Position numbers and translations under genes: made by a program. Source: Pelagomonas calceolata (lineage: Eukaryota). From it: a stretch of 64,000 nt of DNA. Positions 8,805 through 18,984 of this stretch are shown in pieces; position 1 is the first letter of the stretch; every line of letters begins with the position of its first letter. Under the pieces are notes generated by a model. That model saw only the letters and a list, made by a program, of their open reading frames with translations. It was not told the origin of the DNA and did no database searches. The DNA is taken from contig CAKKNE010000003.1 of assembly GCA_918797485.1 (NCBI GenBank), positions 3,782,001 through 3,846,000 on the forward strand, given 5' to 3'.

Positions 8805-11411
8805 ATGTGAGCAAATTTTGAGTCTGTTTTACGTTTTTCTGAAAAACGCGCGCTAGCGGCCTGTAAGACACTAGCAAGCCAGCTTTTCGTCCCACACAGG
8901 TCGGCCGCGTACGTCTACGGCCACGGAACCAATAATGCTGCTGCTGGTGTTGTTGTTCGAGACGACAAGCCTGATCCATGGAAGCACAAGCGGGAACTGG
9001 AAGCGCAGCGCAAGACGCTCCAGCCGCACGAGCTGGATGGCCTGAACGAGGCGTCGTTCGCGCAACGGCAGGCCTGGAACCCCAAGGGCGGCTCGTACCC
9101 GCCGCTGGACACGTCCGGGTACGGCCCCATCCAAGAAGCTCTCAAACAAAAGGTCGGCGACGCGTACGTCCGCGTGCTGTCGCCCTCCGCGGGCGCCGCG
9201 CTGAAAAAAGTCGGAGCGGCGTTCCGGGAGAGCGACAAGGGCTGGGGCGGACGAGGATACAGCTTGTCCGAAAATCAGGGCCGCCGCGGCATCCCGTTTC
9301 ACCGTGTCGGGACGGGCGAGCTGACGCCGAGCGGCGAGCATTTGCGCGGCTTGGTGTCCCACGAGCCGTTCGACGTCGTCGAGGACGTCGTGCGGACGCT
9401 CGTCGGCGACGAGTTCCTCGACGATAGCCACACGCGCCTCCTGGTGGCGAACCCGACGCGCGGCGGCGTGCTCTCGCAGGGCCCGCACGCCGACGCCGTC
9501 GTCGTCCACAAGCACAAGGTCGAGGAGGAGGAGACGCACGAGCAGCTGCGCTGGCTCTGGATGAGCGCCATGGCCGTCATCTGCTTCGTCGTCAGCTTCG
9601 AGAACGGCAACTACGGGATCCCGCGCGAAGGCCCGCTCTTCGGGATTTTCGCTTGTGTCACCCTCGAGCTCCCGGCCAGCGCGATCTACGCGCTGACGGC
9701 GCTGCTCGCCGGCCAGAAGCCCTTCGGCTTCGTGCGCATCGACGGCGAGATCTACAAGCTGCGCATCTACCACCTGGTCTTCGGCATCAAGGAGCAGCGC
9801 GCGCTGACGGTGGCGTCGGTCCTCGTCCCGCTCGGCGGCGCCGCCGCGGCGATCGCGGCGGCCGACCGGCGCATCGACGCGCTCGCGCGACGCCTCTCCT
9901 GCGACGACGTGCTCACGGTCGCCGAGCTGTTCCCGCTGCGCGTCGCGCCGTGCGTCGTCGGCGCCGTCAGCGGCCTCCTCGGCCTCGGCGGCGGCAGCGT
10001 GCTCTGCTACGGCGGCGCGCCCGCGGGCGACGCCGACGCCCTGGCGGCGGCCGTGGTTTTGCCGGCGGAGGCGAAGAAGCTGCGGCGCGAGAACCGGCGC
10101 GCGGCGGACGCGGCCCGCGAGGCGTTGCGCGACCTCTTCGTGCGATCGGGCGACGCGCGCGGCGCGCGCGCGCTTCTCGGTTTTAGCGGACACGATACGG
10201 CGGCGCACGACGCGGGCGCGAACGCGCTCGCCGATCTCGAGACGCTGGTCGAGCGCGAGGCGCGGCGAGACGCGCGCGCACGCCGTGAAGCGGAACTGTG
10301 CGCCGCGCACATGCGGCAGTTTAGGCCGTCGGATGAGACGCTAGGGCGTTTCCAGATGCCGACGGATGTGTTCGCGGCGCCGTCGGACGCGGCGTTCGGT
10401 GCTGTTCTGCCGCCGCCCCCACCTTTGCCTGCGCGGCACTTTGTTCTGGATGAGACGCGAAGGCGTTTCCAGGTGCCGACGGATGTGTTCGCGGCGCCGT
10501 CGGACGCGGCGTTCGGTGCTGTTTCGCCGCCGCCCCCACCTCTGCCTCGGACGCTAGGTTTCCAGGAGCAGGGCCCGCGCCTCGCTGATTTAATGGACCA
10601 ATTCTTTCCCAAGGGAGGAACGACGTCCGAGCGGCCGCGGGTCGAGCTGCCGCAGCCAACGACCTTCGAGCGGCCGCGGGTCGAGCTGCCGCCGCCACGG
10701 GACGATGAGCGCCGCGCGAAGGCACCGAGGGCGCCGGGGGTGCCGAAGGAGGTGTGTGCCGCGATGGATTCAGCGCTGGGTAGGCTGGAGCGCCGCCTCG
10801 AGACGCCGGATCAACGCGAGGCGCGGCTGGCGCCGGCGCGGGAGCGGTGGCGAGACGCGCGCGACGCCTTGCGCGAGAAGCACGGGTCCTTCTGCCGCTG
10901 CAAGAACTCCAAGTGCCTCAAGAGGTACTGCGAGTGCTTCGAGCGCGGCGTGCTGTGCGGCGACTCGTGCAAGTGCGAGAACTGCGAGAACATTGCGGGC
11001 TCGGCTTCATTGCGGGAGGCGCGCGCTGCGATCGCGGAGCTCCCGCCGTCGCGCGACGGCTGCACCTGCAAGAATAGTCGCTGCCTCAAGCTCTACTGCG
11101 TCTGCTTTAAGGCCGGCAGCAAATGCGTCGCGGCGTGCAAGTGCGTCGACTGCCAGAACGGCCGGCCCGCCGATGCGCCCATCCCCGCGCCGCCGAAGAA
11201 GCGCCGCGCCGCGCCGTCGAAGAAGGCCGCGCCGCCGAAGAAGCGCCAGAGAGTTGACCGCGCAGCCGACGAGACCGCCGACGATGCTGCTGGGGAGGTT
11301 CGAGGAGGCCTACTGCTCAACGCGGCGCGGCTGGCGGCTCTTAGGGAAGAGTACGCGCGCGAGCGCGAGCGGGCCGCCGCGGGGGCGACGCCGTCGCCGC
11401 CGTCGCAGTGA
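8805..11411 (+). CDS. Tesmin/TSO1-like CXC (CRC) domain protein; start inferred as AT|G split by intron 8807-8899
   Basis: Two CXC domains CRCKNSKCLKRYCECF..C..C.C..C.N and CTCKNSRCLKLYCVCF..C...C.C..C.N; NLS-like PPKKRR; frame is open upstream of 9174 back to 8900. Confidence 0.8.
8852..8876 (+). promoter_or_regulatory. Conserved CTAG-n-CTAG motif copy
   Basis: gctagcggcctgtaagacactagca, identical to the reverse complement of 16180-16204. Confidence 0.55.
10331..10547 (+). repeat. Two-copy in-frame tandem repeat, 117-bp period
   Basis: DET..RFQ(M/V)PTDVFAAPSDAAFGAV(L/S)PPPPPLP twice, starting 10331 and 10448. Confidence 0.85.
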
Positions 11412-11775
11412 CGGGCGTCGCGGCGGGCCCGCGGACTATCGCCTGATATGAACGTCGCGGATCCGAGACGTGGGGCGCGCGTCGTGCGCGTCGACCGAAT
11501 CACGATTCCATAACTTGTTGTTCTTTTGGAAGTTGTGCTACGCCGGAAGATCACGCAGTCCTGCTTCCTAGAATCTCAGAGCACGCTAGCTCGCGCTCTC
11601 GTTAAAGTTTAAAACTCAGCAGGCGCCCGCTCGATTTACGAGCGCGCGGTACAAAAGAATGACCGCCCTGGCAATGCCGCACGTCGACAGCGTCCAGAGC
11701 TCAACGCCCACAGCTTGGCGCGCCGCGCGCGGCCGCTCAGCGCGCGGTTTCGGCCAAAAGCCGACTGAGTTTGAA

Positions 11776-14765
11776 ATGTGCACTGCGGAGCGCGCGGGAG
11801 CGCCAGGCGGCCGCGCGGCCCGGCCACGCTGCCGCCACCCGCCCGCCCACACACTCACAGCCTCGCCGCCCCCGCAAAACCGCGCGCACGGAGGACAGCA
11901 CACGCGCCGGCGCACGCCGCGACTCGGAAACTCTGAGCTGGCGCCGGCCGGCCGCCGCGGCGCGCGGACGCCGTGGCCCCGCCGCCGCCGCGGTCCCCGC
12001 CACGCGCACTACGACGAGAGGTCGCACCCACGCCCACCACACGCCGCGACTCAGAATCCCGACGAAACCGCCGACCGCAGGCCCGCGAACCTGTCGAGGG
12101 ACCAGTCCCGCGTCTCCGAGGACGACGACGACATCCACGTCATCAAGCGCAACGGCAAGAAGGAGGTCGTGCGCTACGACAAGATCACGAGCCGCATCAA
12201 AAAGTTATGCTATGGTTTGGACTCCAAGTACATCAAGCCGAACGTCCTGACCCAAAAGGTCATCCAGGGCGTCTACGACGGCGTCACGACCCACGAGCTC
12301 GACGAGCTCGCCGCCCAGACGGCGGCCTACATGGCCACGCAGCACCCGGACTTTTCGCGTTTGGCGGCGAGGATCTCGGTCTCGAACCTCCACAAGTCCA
12401 CCGACAAGGTCTTCAGCGATGTGGTGGAGAAGCTCCACAAGCACGTCCACCCGAAGACGAAGAAGCCCGCGTCGCTCATCGCCGACGACGTCTACGAGGT
12501 CATCATGTGCGTCTCGCGGCGTCCTCGCATCGCGCCCAAAATCACGTCTCCCGTCACGCGACACCGCCGCAGGTCGAACAAGGACAAGATCAACGGGGCG
12601 ATCGTCTACGACCGCGACTTTGAATACGACTACTTCGGCTTCAAGACCCTCGAGAGAAGCTACTTGATGCGCTGCGACGGCGAGATCGCGGAACGGCCCC
12701 AGCACATGATCATGCGCGTGGCGATCGGTATTCACGGGAGTGACGTCGACGCGGCCATCGAGACCTACGAGCTCATGTCCCAGAAGTACTTCACGCACGC
12801 GACGCCGACGCTCTTCAACGCCGGGACGCCGAGACCCCAATTATCTTCCTGTTTCTTATTAGCGATGAAGGAGGACAGCATCGAGGGGATTTACGACACT
12901 TTGAAGAGGTGTGCCTGCATCTCGAAGTACGCCGGCGGCATCGGCCTGTCCGTGCACAACATCCGGGCCACGGATTCTTATATTCGCGGTTCGAACGGTA
13001 CGTCCAACGGCATCGTGCCGATGCTCCGCGTTTACAATGACACTGCGAGATATGTGGACCAGGGCGGCGGCAAGAGGAAAGGGTCGTTCGCCATCTACTT
13101 GGAGCCCTGGCACGCCGACATCGAGACGTTCTTGGATTTGAAGAAGAACCACGGCAACGAGTTGGAACGGGCCCGGGATTTATTTTACGGCCTTTGGATT
13201 CCCGACCTGTTCATGCGTAGAGTGGAGGCGAACGAGCAGTGGTCGCTCATGTGTCCGAATGAGTGCCCGGGCTTGGCGGATTGCCACGGGAAGGAATTTG
13301 AGGAGCTCTATGAAAAATATGAAAAGGAGGGCCGGGCGCGCAAGCAGATCCCGGCTCAACAGTTGTGGTTCGCGATCCTCGATTCGCAAGTCGAGACGGG
13401 CACGCCCTACATGCTCTACAAGGACGCTTGTAATGGGAAGAGCAACCAGAAGCATTTGGGGACGATCAAATCCAGCAACTTGTGCACGGAGATCGTCGAG
13501 TACACGTCGCCCGACGAAGTCGCCGTCTGCAACCTGGCCTCGATCAACCTCACGGCCATGGTCACTGATGATCAGTTCGACTTCAAGCAACTCCGTAAAA
13601 TTGCCAACGTGGTTACTCGTAATTTGAACAAAGTGATTGACGTGAACTACTACCCCGTCCAGGAGGCCGAGAACAGCAACATGCGCCACCGCCCCATCGG
13701 CATCGGCGTGCAAGGTCTCGCGGATGCGTTGGTGAAGCTGCGCCTCCCGTACGAGGGCGACGCCGCGCGCCAGCTCAACAAGGACATCTTCGAGACGATC
13801 TATTACGGCGCGGTGCGGTGTCCTATGCACTTCACGATGACGACGCGACTCGTCTCCAGGAATGATGGAACCGCGTCGTGACTCGATGTCGAACGCAGGC
13901 GCCATGGAGGCCTCGATCCAGCTCGCCAAGGAGCAGGGCACCTACGAGACGTACGAAGGGTCTCCGACGTCCCAAGGCTTGTTACAACCTGATCTGTGGA
14001 ACGTGACGCCCAGCAGCCGCTGGGACTGGGCCCAATTACGTAGAGATCTGGCCGAGCACGGGTGCAGGAACTCGCTCCTCCTCGCCCCGATGCCCACGGC
14101 GTCGACGGCCCAGATCCTCGGGAACAACGAGTCGTTTGAACCTTTTACGAGCAACATGTTCACCAGACGTGTCTTGGCCGGCGAGTTCGCCGTGGTCAAC
14201 AAGTACCTGCTGAACGACTTGATTGCGCGGGGCCTCTGGACGCCGGAGGTCCGCAACCAGATCATCGCGGACAAGGGAAGCGTCCAGGCCGTCGCGGGCA
14301 TTCCCGACGACCTTAAGGCCCTCTACAAGACGACGTGGGAGATCAAGCAGAAGTGCGTGCTCGACATGTCGGCGGATCGGGGCGCGTTCATCTGCCAGTC
14401 GCAGTCCCTCAATTTACATATTGCGGAGCCGTCCCCGGGCAAGCTCACGTCCATGCACTTCTACGCCTGGAAGAAGGGCCTCAAGACGGGCATGTACTAC
14501 CTGCGGACGCGCCCGAAGGCCGACGCCATCGCCTTCACGGTGGACCAGGCCATGGCCGCGAAGTCGCGCGGCGAGAACGCGCTCAAGCCCGTGAACACGG
14601 AGCCCGAGGAGTGCCTGAGCTGCGGCGCGTTCGTTTCCCGCGTCTTGTGTTTTTCGTTTGCGCGAGATGTACACCCCGCGGACCTCCACGCGGCGATGGC
14701 GTGCACCGCCCGCCGTCACCGCGCTACGCCGTCGCCGCGTCGACGCTCTCGATACACGCAGGTAA
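11776..14765 (+). CDS. RNR1: Ribonucleoside-diphosphate reductase large subunit (class Ia); introns 12507-12572, 13808-13898 (GC-AG), 14629-14761; start uncertain
   Basis: ATP cone [59 protein letters not shown]; splicing restores YYG|AMEAS and the terminal ECLSCGA*. Confidence 0.97.
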
Positions 14766-14899
14766 AACTAGGCGCGTACCCCCCTTTCCCCCCATTCTAA
14801 CTTGAACGATTACATTGGCCTCGTCGCCGCGCAGTCAGTCCGCCTTCCGAGTGGCTCTGATGAGTATACAAATCTTACAAAGGGCCGAACGACGACGCG

Positions 14900-15412
14900 C
14901 TACGGGAGGCTCTTCTCGAAGGCCTCGACGGCTTTCAATGAGGGCAGCTCGTGGCTGTACGTCCCCGCGACGACGAAGGGAGCTCCGGCCTGCGGCGCGG
15001 CCTCGACGCGGGGATCGCACAACCGCGCGCAGAGCGCAACACTGGCAACGGCCGCGGCGCCGGCCGCGACGTGCGCCCTCACCTCATCGCTCTCGTCCGC
15101 CGGCACGAGCGCCGACAGGCTCGCGCCGAGCGCCGCTCCTAAAATGCCGCATCTACGTGTACACGCCGCGGCGGCGTCCGCCGACGCCTGGGGCACGAGC
15201 AGCGGGGGCGGCGTCACCACACCTGGCTTGTTCAAAGCCACGGCGGGCGGCTTTGCCTTCTCGGCGGCGAGGCCGAGCTTGCGCATGGCCGCGCGCAGAT
15301 TCTGGCAGGGCAGGCTATCAGCCTTGGAGCAGCCAAGGTCCTCGAAGTCTTTATTGAGGCCGCGGATGGCCATCACCTCGTCGAGGGCGTTGCTGCCGAA
15401 GAGCTTGTCCAT
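14900..15412 (-). CDS. Hypothetical protein
   Basis: ~170-aa ORF from MDKLFGSNALDEV with coding-like codon use; an upstream exon is possible. Confidence 0.45.
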   Translation of the reverse strand: MDKLFGSNALDEVMAIRGLNKDFEDLGCSKADSLPCQNLRAAMRKLGLAAEKAKPPAVALNKPGVVTPPPLLVPQASADAAAACTRRCGILGAALGASLSALVPADESDEVRAHVAAGAAAVASVALCARLCDPRVEAAPQAGAPFVVAGTYSHELPSLKAVEAFEKSLP

Positions 15413-16179
15413 TCCTGTGTTTGGCACGAGAGCTGTCTCTCACTAGAACGCTCTGTTGCCGCAGTGCCGCGCTTAGCCTAGCCTAGCCTCTGCTTAACCG
15501 ACGGGTTTTTGCGCGCGGTCTTGCGGGACCCCTCCCCGCCCCAGGGGACTCGTCGCAGAGGTCGTGCAGCGATGTGCGGGAAAAAAAGGGGAACCGCCAC
15601 CACACAACCTTGGGTCTGCTGAACGCGGACGCGGAGGCGCTTTGCTTGAGACCCGACCCAGAGCTAGTCAGGGTATTCGGGATCCCGCCGTGCCGCCGCT
15701 CCGTGGAGTCGTGCCCGAGTGCCGCCGCCAAGGAGGCCCCCGTAGCCTAGTGATCCTCGCCGCCGCGCGCACGAGGACCCGACGGGGAGTCGCGAAAAAC
15801 ACACCCGCCAGGTGCCCCGCACGACACGACGACGGGCCCGGGCGGATCTGTCCAAGGAAGCAGCTTGAATTGCTGGGGTGAGTCAACATCGCCAATGAAG
15901 GCCCGTCGACCCGTTGAATTGCGAGGAAGCCGAGGATGAATCGCCTACTTGCCCAACATGTCACGCCACGCCGAACGCCGCCATGACGCGTTCGCGAGGC
16001 CCTCGCGCACGCCCGGCTGGACTTAGAGATCAGAAATCGCGTGGAGATCAGGTGTCGTCGTCCTCCTCCCCATCAGAACTAGATTCAGAGTCAGACGCGG
16101 TCGTGCGATACATGCGAGGAACGACATGCTCGCGTTCCTTCGTCGCCCACGCACCCAACGTCTGCGCTGCGCTGCTGCT

Positions 16180-16257
16180 TGCTAGTGTCTTACAGGCCGC
16201 TAGCCACGCGAAGCCGCGGCGCCGCGCTGCGGGCTAGCGTCCAGTAAGACACTAGCA
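16180..16257. promoter_or_regulatory. Inverted pair of the conserved CTAG-n-CTAG motif in a divergent intergenic region
   Basis: tgctagtgtcttacaggccgctagc (16180-16204) and gctagcgtccagtaagacactagca (16233-16257). Confidence 0.6.
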
Positions 16258-16430
16258 AGCGGCCGAGGTTGCTGCGACTGCCGCTGCAGCGAACGCTTTG
16301 CTAGAAAACTTTAGAACCACACGGGCTTATCTCTGAGACGCAGCGACCGACGGCGGAAGCGTCCTGTGCCCAGGGGAGCAGTGTTTGACAACTTGCACAA
16401 AAGTGCTCTCTCAACAAGCAGCAACTACAA

Positions 16431-18129
16431 ATGGGCAAGCGCGGCAAGGAGCGCAAGCGCAAGCGCGCCGGGCTGACGCCGGAGCCCGGCGCCGACGCCG
16501 AGATCGATGCCGACGACCCCCTCGGCGGCCTGTCGGAGGCCGACCTAACAACAACGATTCGGACGCTCGAAGTTCTAGGCCGGGACGCGGCCCTCTTCAA
16601 GTCGCGGCCCTTCAAGAAATTACGAGCGGCTTTGGCGCCCTGCGCCCTGGCCTTAATTGGACAGGACGCGACTGACGACCGGCAGCGCAGGAAATTGGAG
16701 CGACCCGTCCAGGACGAAGATGAAAGAAGAAGGGTCATGGACCGCGACGCGAAGAATCGGACGGCGCTGCGGAAAGAACGCTTGGATCGCCTGGCGACGG
16801 CGGGCTTGGTCGCGGACGGTCCGGCCCTCGCTCCACAATTACTCCTCACCGACGGCAAACAAGAGGATTCTCTGAAGCGCGCCGTCGCCTGCTACTGCTG
16901 CAAGGCGCCCTTCTCGGAGCTGCACCACTTCTACGCGGCGCTCTGCCCCGCGTGCGCTTCATTAAATTTCGAAAAGCGGACGCAGACGGCGGATCTAAGA
17001 GGGCGGGGCGCGCTCGTGACGGGCGCGCGCGTCAAGATCGGGTTTCGCGTCGCGCTGAAATTACTAAGGGCCGGCGCGACGGTCGTCGCGACGTCGCGCT
17101 TCCCCGCGGACGCGGCGGCGCGCTACGCGGCCGAGGCCGATGCGGAAGAGTGGCGCGACCGTCTGAGAGTCGTGGGCTGCGACTTCCGGGACTTGGGCGC
17201 CGTCGAGGCGCTGTGCGCGGCCGTGCCGGAGCTGCTGGGGTGTGGACTGGACGTTCTCGTGAACAACGCGTGCCAGACGGTGCGCCGGCCCCCTCAATAC
17301 TACGCGCAGACCGTCGCGCGGGAAGCGAAGCTACGGAAGGCCATCGGCAACGCGTCCTTACCATTACTCGAGGGGCCGGCGATCGCAGACGCGAATGAAC
17401 CGACGGCGGACGTGTCGTTGATGCGCTCCTGGACGGCCAAAGCTCCAACGACGTCGGATCCGGCGTTACGGGCGTTGCTCTGCGTCGCGCCCGGCGACGA
17501 CGTGCGCGACGATGCGGCCTTCCCGGAGGGCCGCACAGACGCGAACGCCGATCTAAGTGAACAGCTCGACCTGCGGCGCGACAACTCGTGGACGCAGAGG
17601 ATCGACGAGATCTCGACGCCCGAATTAGCTGAAGTGTTCGCGATCAACGCCCTGGCGCCCTTCGTCATCAACTCGAAGCTCATACCGGTACTTAAGGATG
17701 GCGCGTCGAACGAAAGACGCCGGTTCGTGGTCAACGTCTCGGCGATGGAGGGCAAGTTCTACCGCCACAAGCAGCCGACGCACCCGCACACGTGCTGACT
17801 CCGTGTCCTATCTACATTTTTGGGCTCGCGTCGACGGCGACTGCTGGTCATCACACAGGAACATGGCCAAGGCCGCGCTCAACATGATGACGCGGACCTG
17901 CGCCGCGGACCTCGCGAAGGCGCACGTGTTCATGACGGCCGTCGACACGGGCTGGATCAACGACGAGAAGCCCACCGGCCGCGCCGTCGAGCACGCCCGG
18001 CGCCACGCCTTCCAGACGCCCCTCGACGAAATAGATGCTGCCGCGCGGATCCTGGACCCGGTCCTCGGCGGCCACGAGCCGCCGCTGCACGGCGTCTTCC
18101 TCAAGGACTACGCGCCGTGCGAGTGGTGA
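16431..18129 (+). CDS. Short-chain dehydrogenase/reductase with N-terminal CxxC..CxxC segment; intron 17792-17858
   Basis: CYCC..HHFY..LCPAC; ALVTGARVKIG; LVNNACQT; NVSAMEG; splicing gives HPHT|NMAKAALNMMTRT; VDTGWI. Confidence 0.9.
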
Positions 18130-18335
18130 GTAAGGGGGTTTGTGTGTCTCACTGTCGCGGGTTTTTCGTCAAAATTTTTGCGTTCGGCGCCGGTCCTTCT
18201 CGCCGCTACGCACGTGGCACGCGCGTCTACGTACCTCAGACGCGTCGTGACGCCCAGCGCTCGCGCGACCGCGCGGAAGCGCTCCAAAAAAAACGTGACC
18301 TGGCAAAGCAGTCTCCTCGAGGTCGTGAAACCAAC

Positions 18336-18788
18336 ATGAACCTCGGCGACGAGCACATGACCGACGAGACGCGCGAGGTGTACCGAGCCAAGGTCGCCGA
18401 GCGCCAGGCGAAGGAGGACGCGCTCGTCCAGAAAAGAATAGAGGAGGCGTCCGACTACGTCGGCACCCGTGTGGAAACCAACCGGTGAGTCGGGTTCACG
18501 AGGAACTGGCATCGCACGGAACGCGTCGCGAATGTCCACACGCAGGTCGGCACGTTCAGGGCGGAACGCGAGACGAAGCTGCGCGACGTGACCATGCCGA
18601 AGAACCGTGAAGGCGAGCACGCGTTCCTCGAGGCGCTCGAGACCGCCGCCGAGTCGGACGCGACATGGGCCCGCGTCCTCTCGCTCGTCGACACGGAGCC
18701 CGACGCCTGGGGCGGCGTGGACCTGGCGCGCCTCCGCGCCGTGCTCATCAAGAAGAAGGCCGAGGAGACGCAGGCGCTCGCCGCGTAG
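18336..18788 (+). CDS. Clathrin light chain-like protein; intron 18459-18545
   Basis: Spliced product has a charged central helix plus TWARVLSLVD....DLARLRAVLIKKK, matching the CLC C-terminal WERV..L.D / D.SRMR.VL pattern. Confidence 0.7.
18467..18545 (+). mobile_element. Introner element (diverged TIRs, perfect 8-bp TSD)
   Basis: gtcggcac TSD at 18459-18466 and 18546-18553; element starts ccgtgtggaaaccaaccggtgagtcgggt and ends cacacgcag. Confidence 0.8.
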
Positions 18789-18984
18789 GGGCGTAAGCGC
18801 GGATGGCGCCTCGGAGGAGCCGCTGCCGCGGGGCGTGGGCCCGCGACGCAGTAGGTCTCGAGGAAGGGGGAGATACGTCCGCGGTAGACGGCTCTGGTCA
18901 CGCTTAAGCTTCGATGATTGCGTGCGGGTTTTCAGCGGCCGCCCTTTGCAAGCACGCGCACGCCCCGGACAGACGAATAGAGAG

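Noticed and set aside
13862..14800. RNR, prolidase and SDR appearing as split or frameshifted pseudogenes
   Set aside because: All breaks are resolved by short introns that restore conserved motifs in frame
18607..18984. ORF-track start of the 4178-aa ORF at a GTG
   Set aside because: Overlaps the clathrin light chain exon in another frame and is low-information Arg-rich text; the first ATG with a signal peptide is 18985
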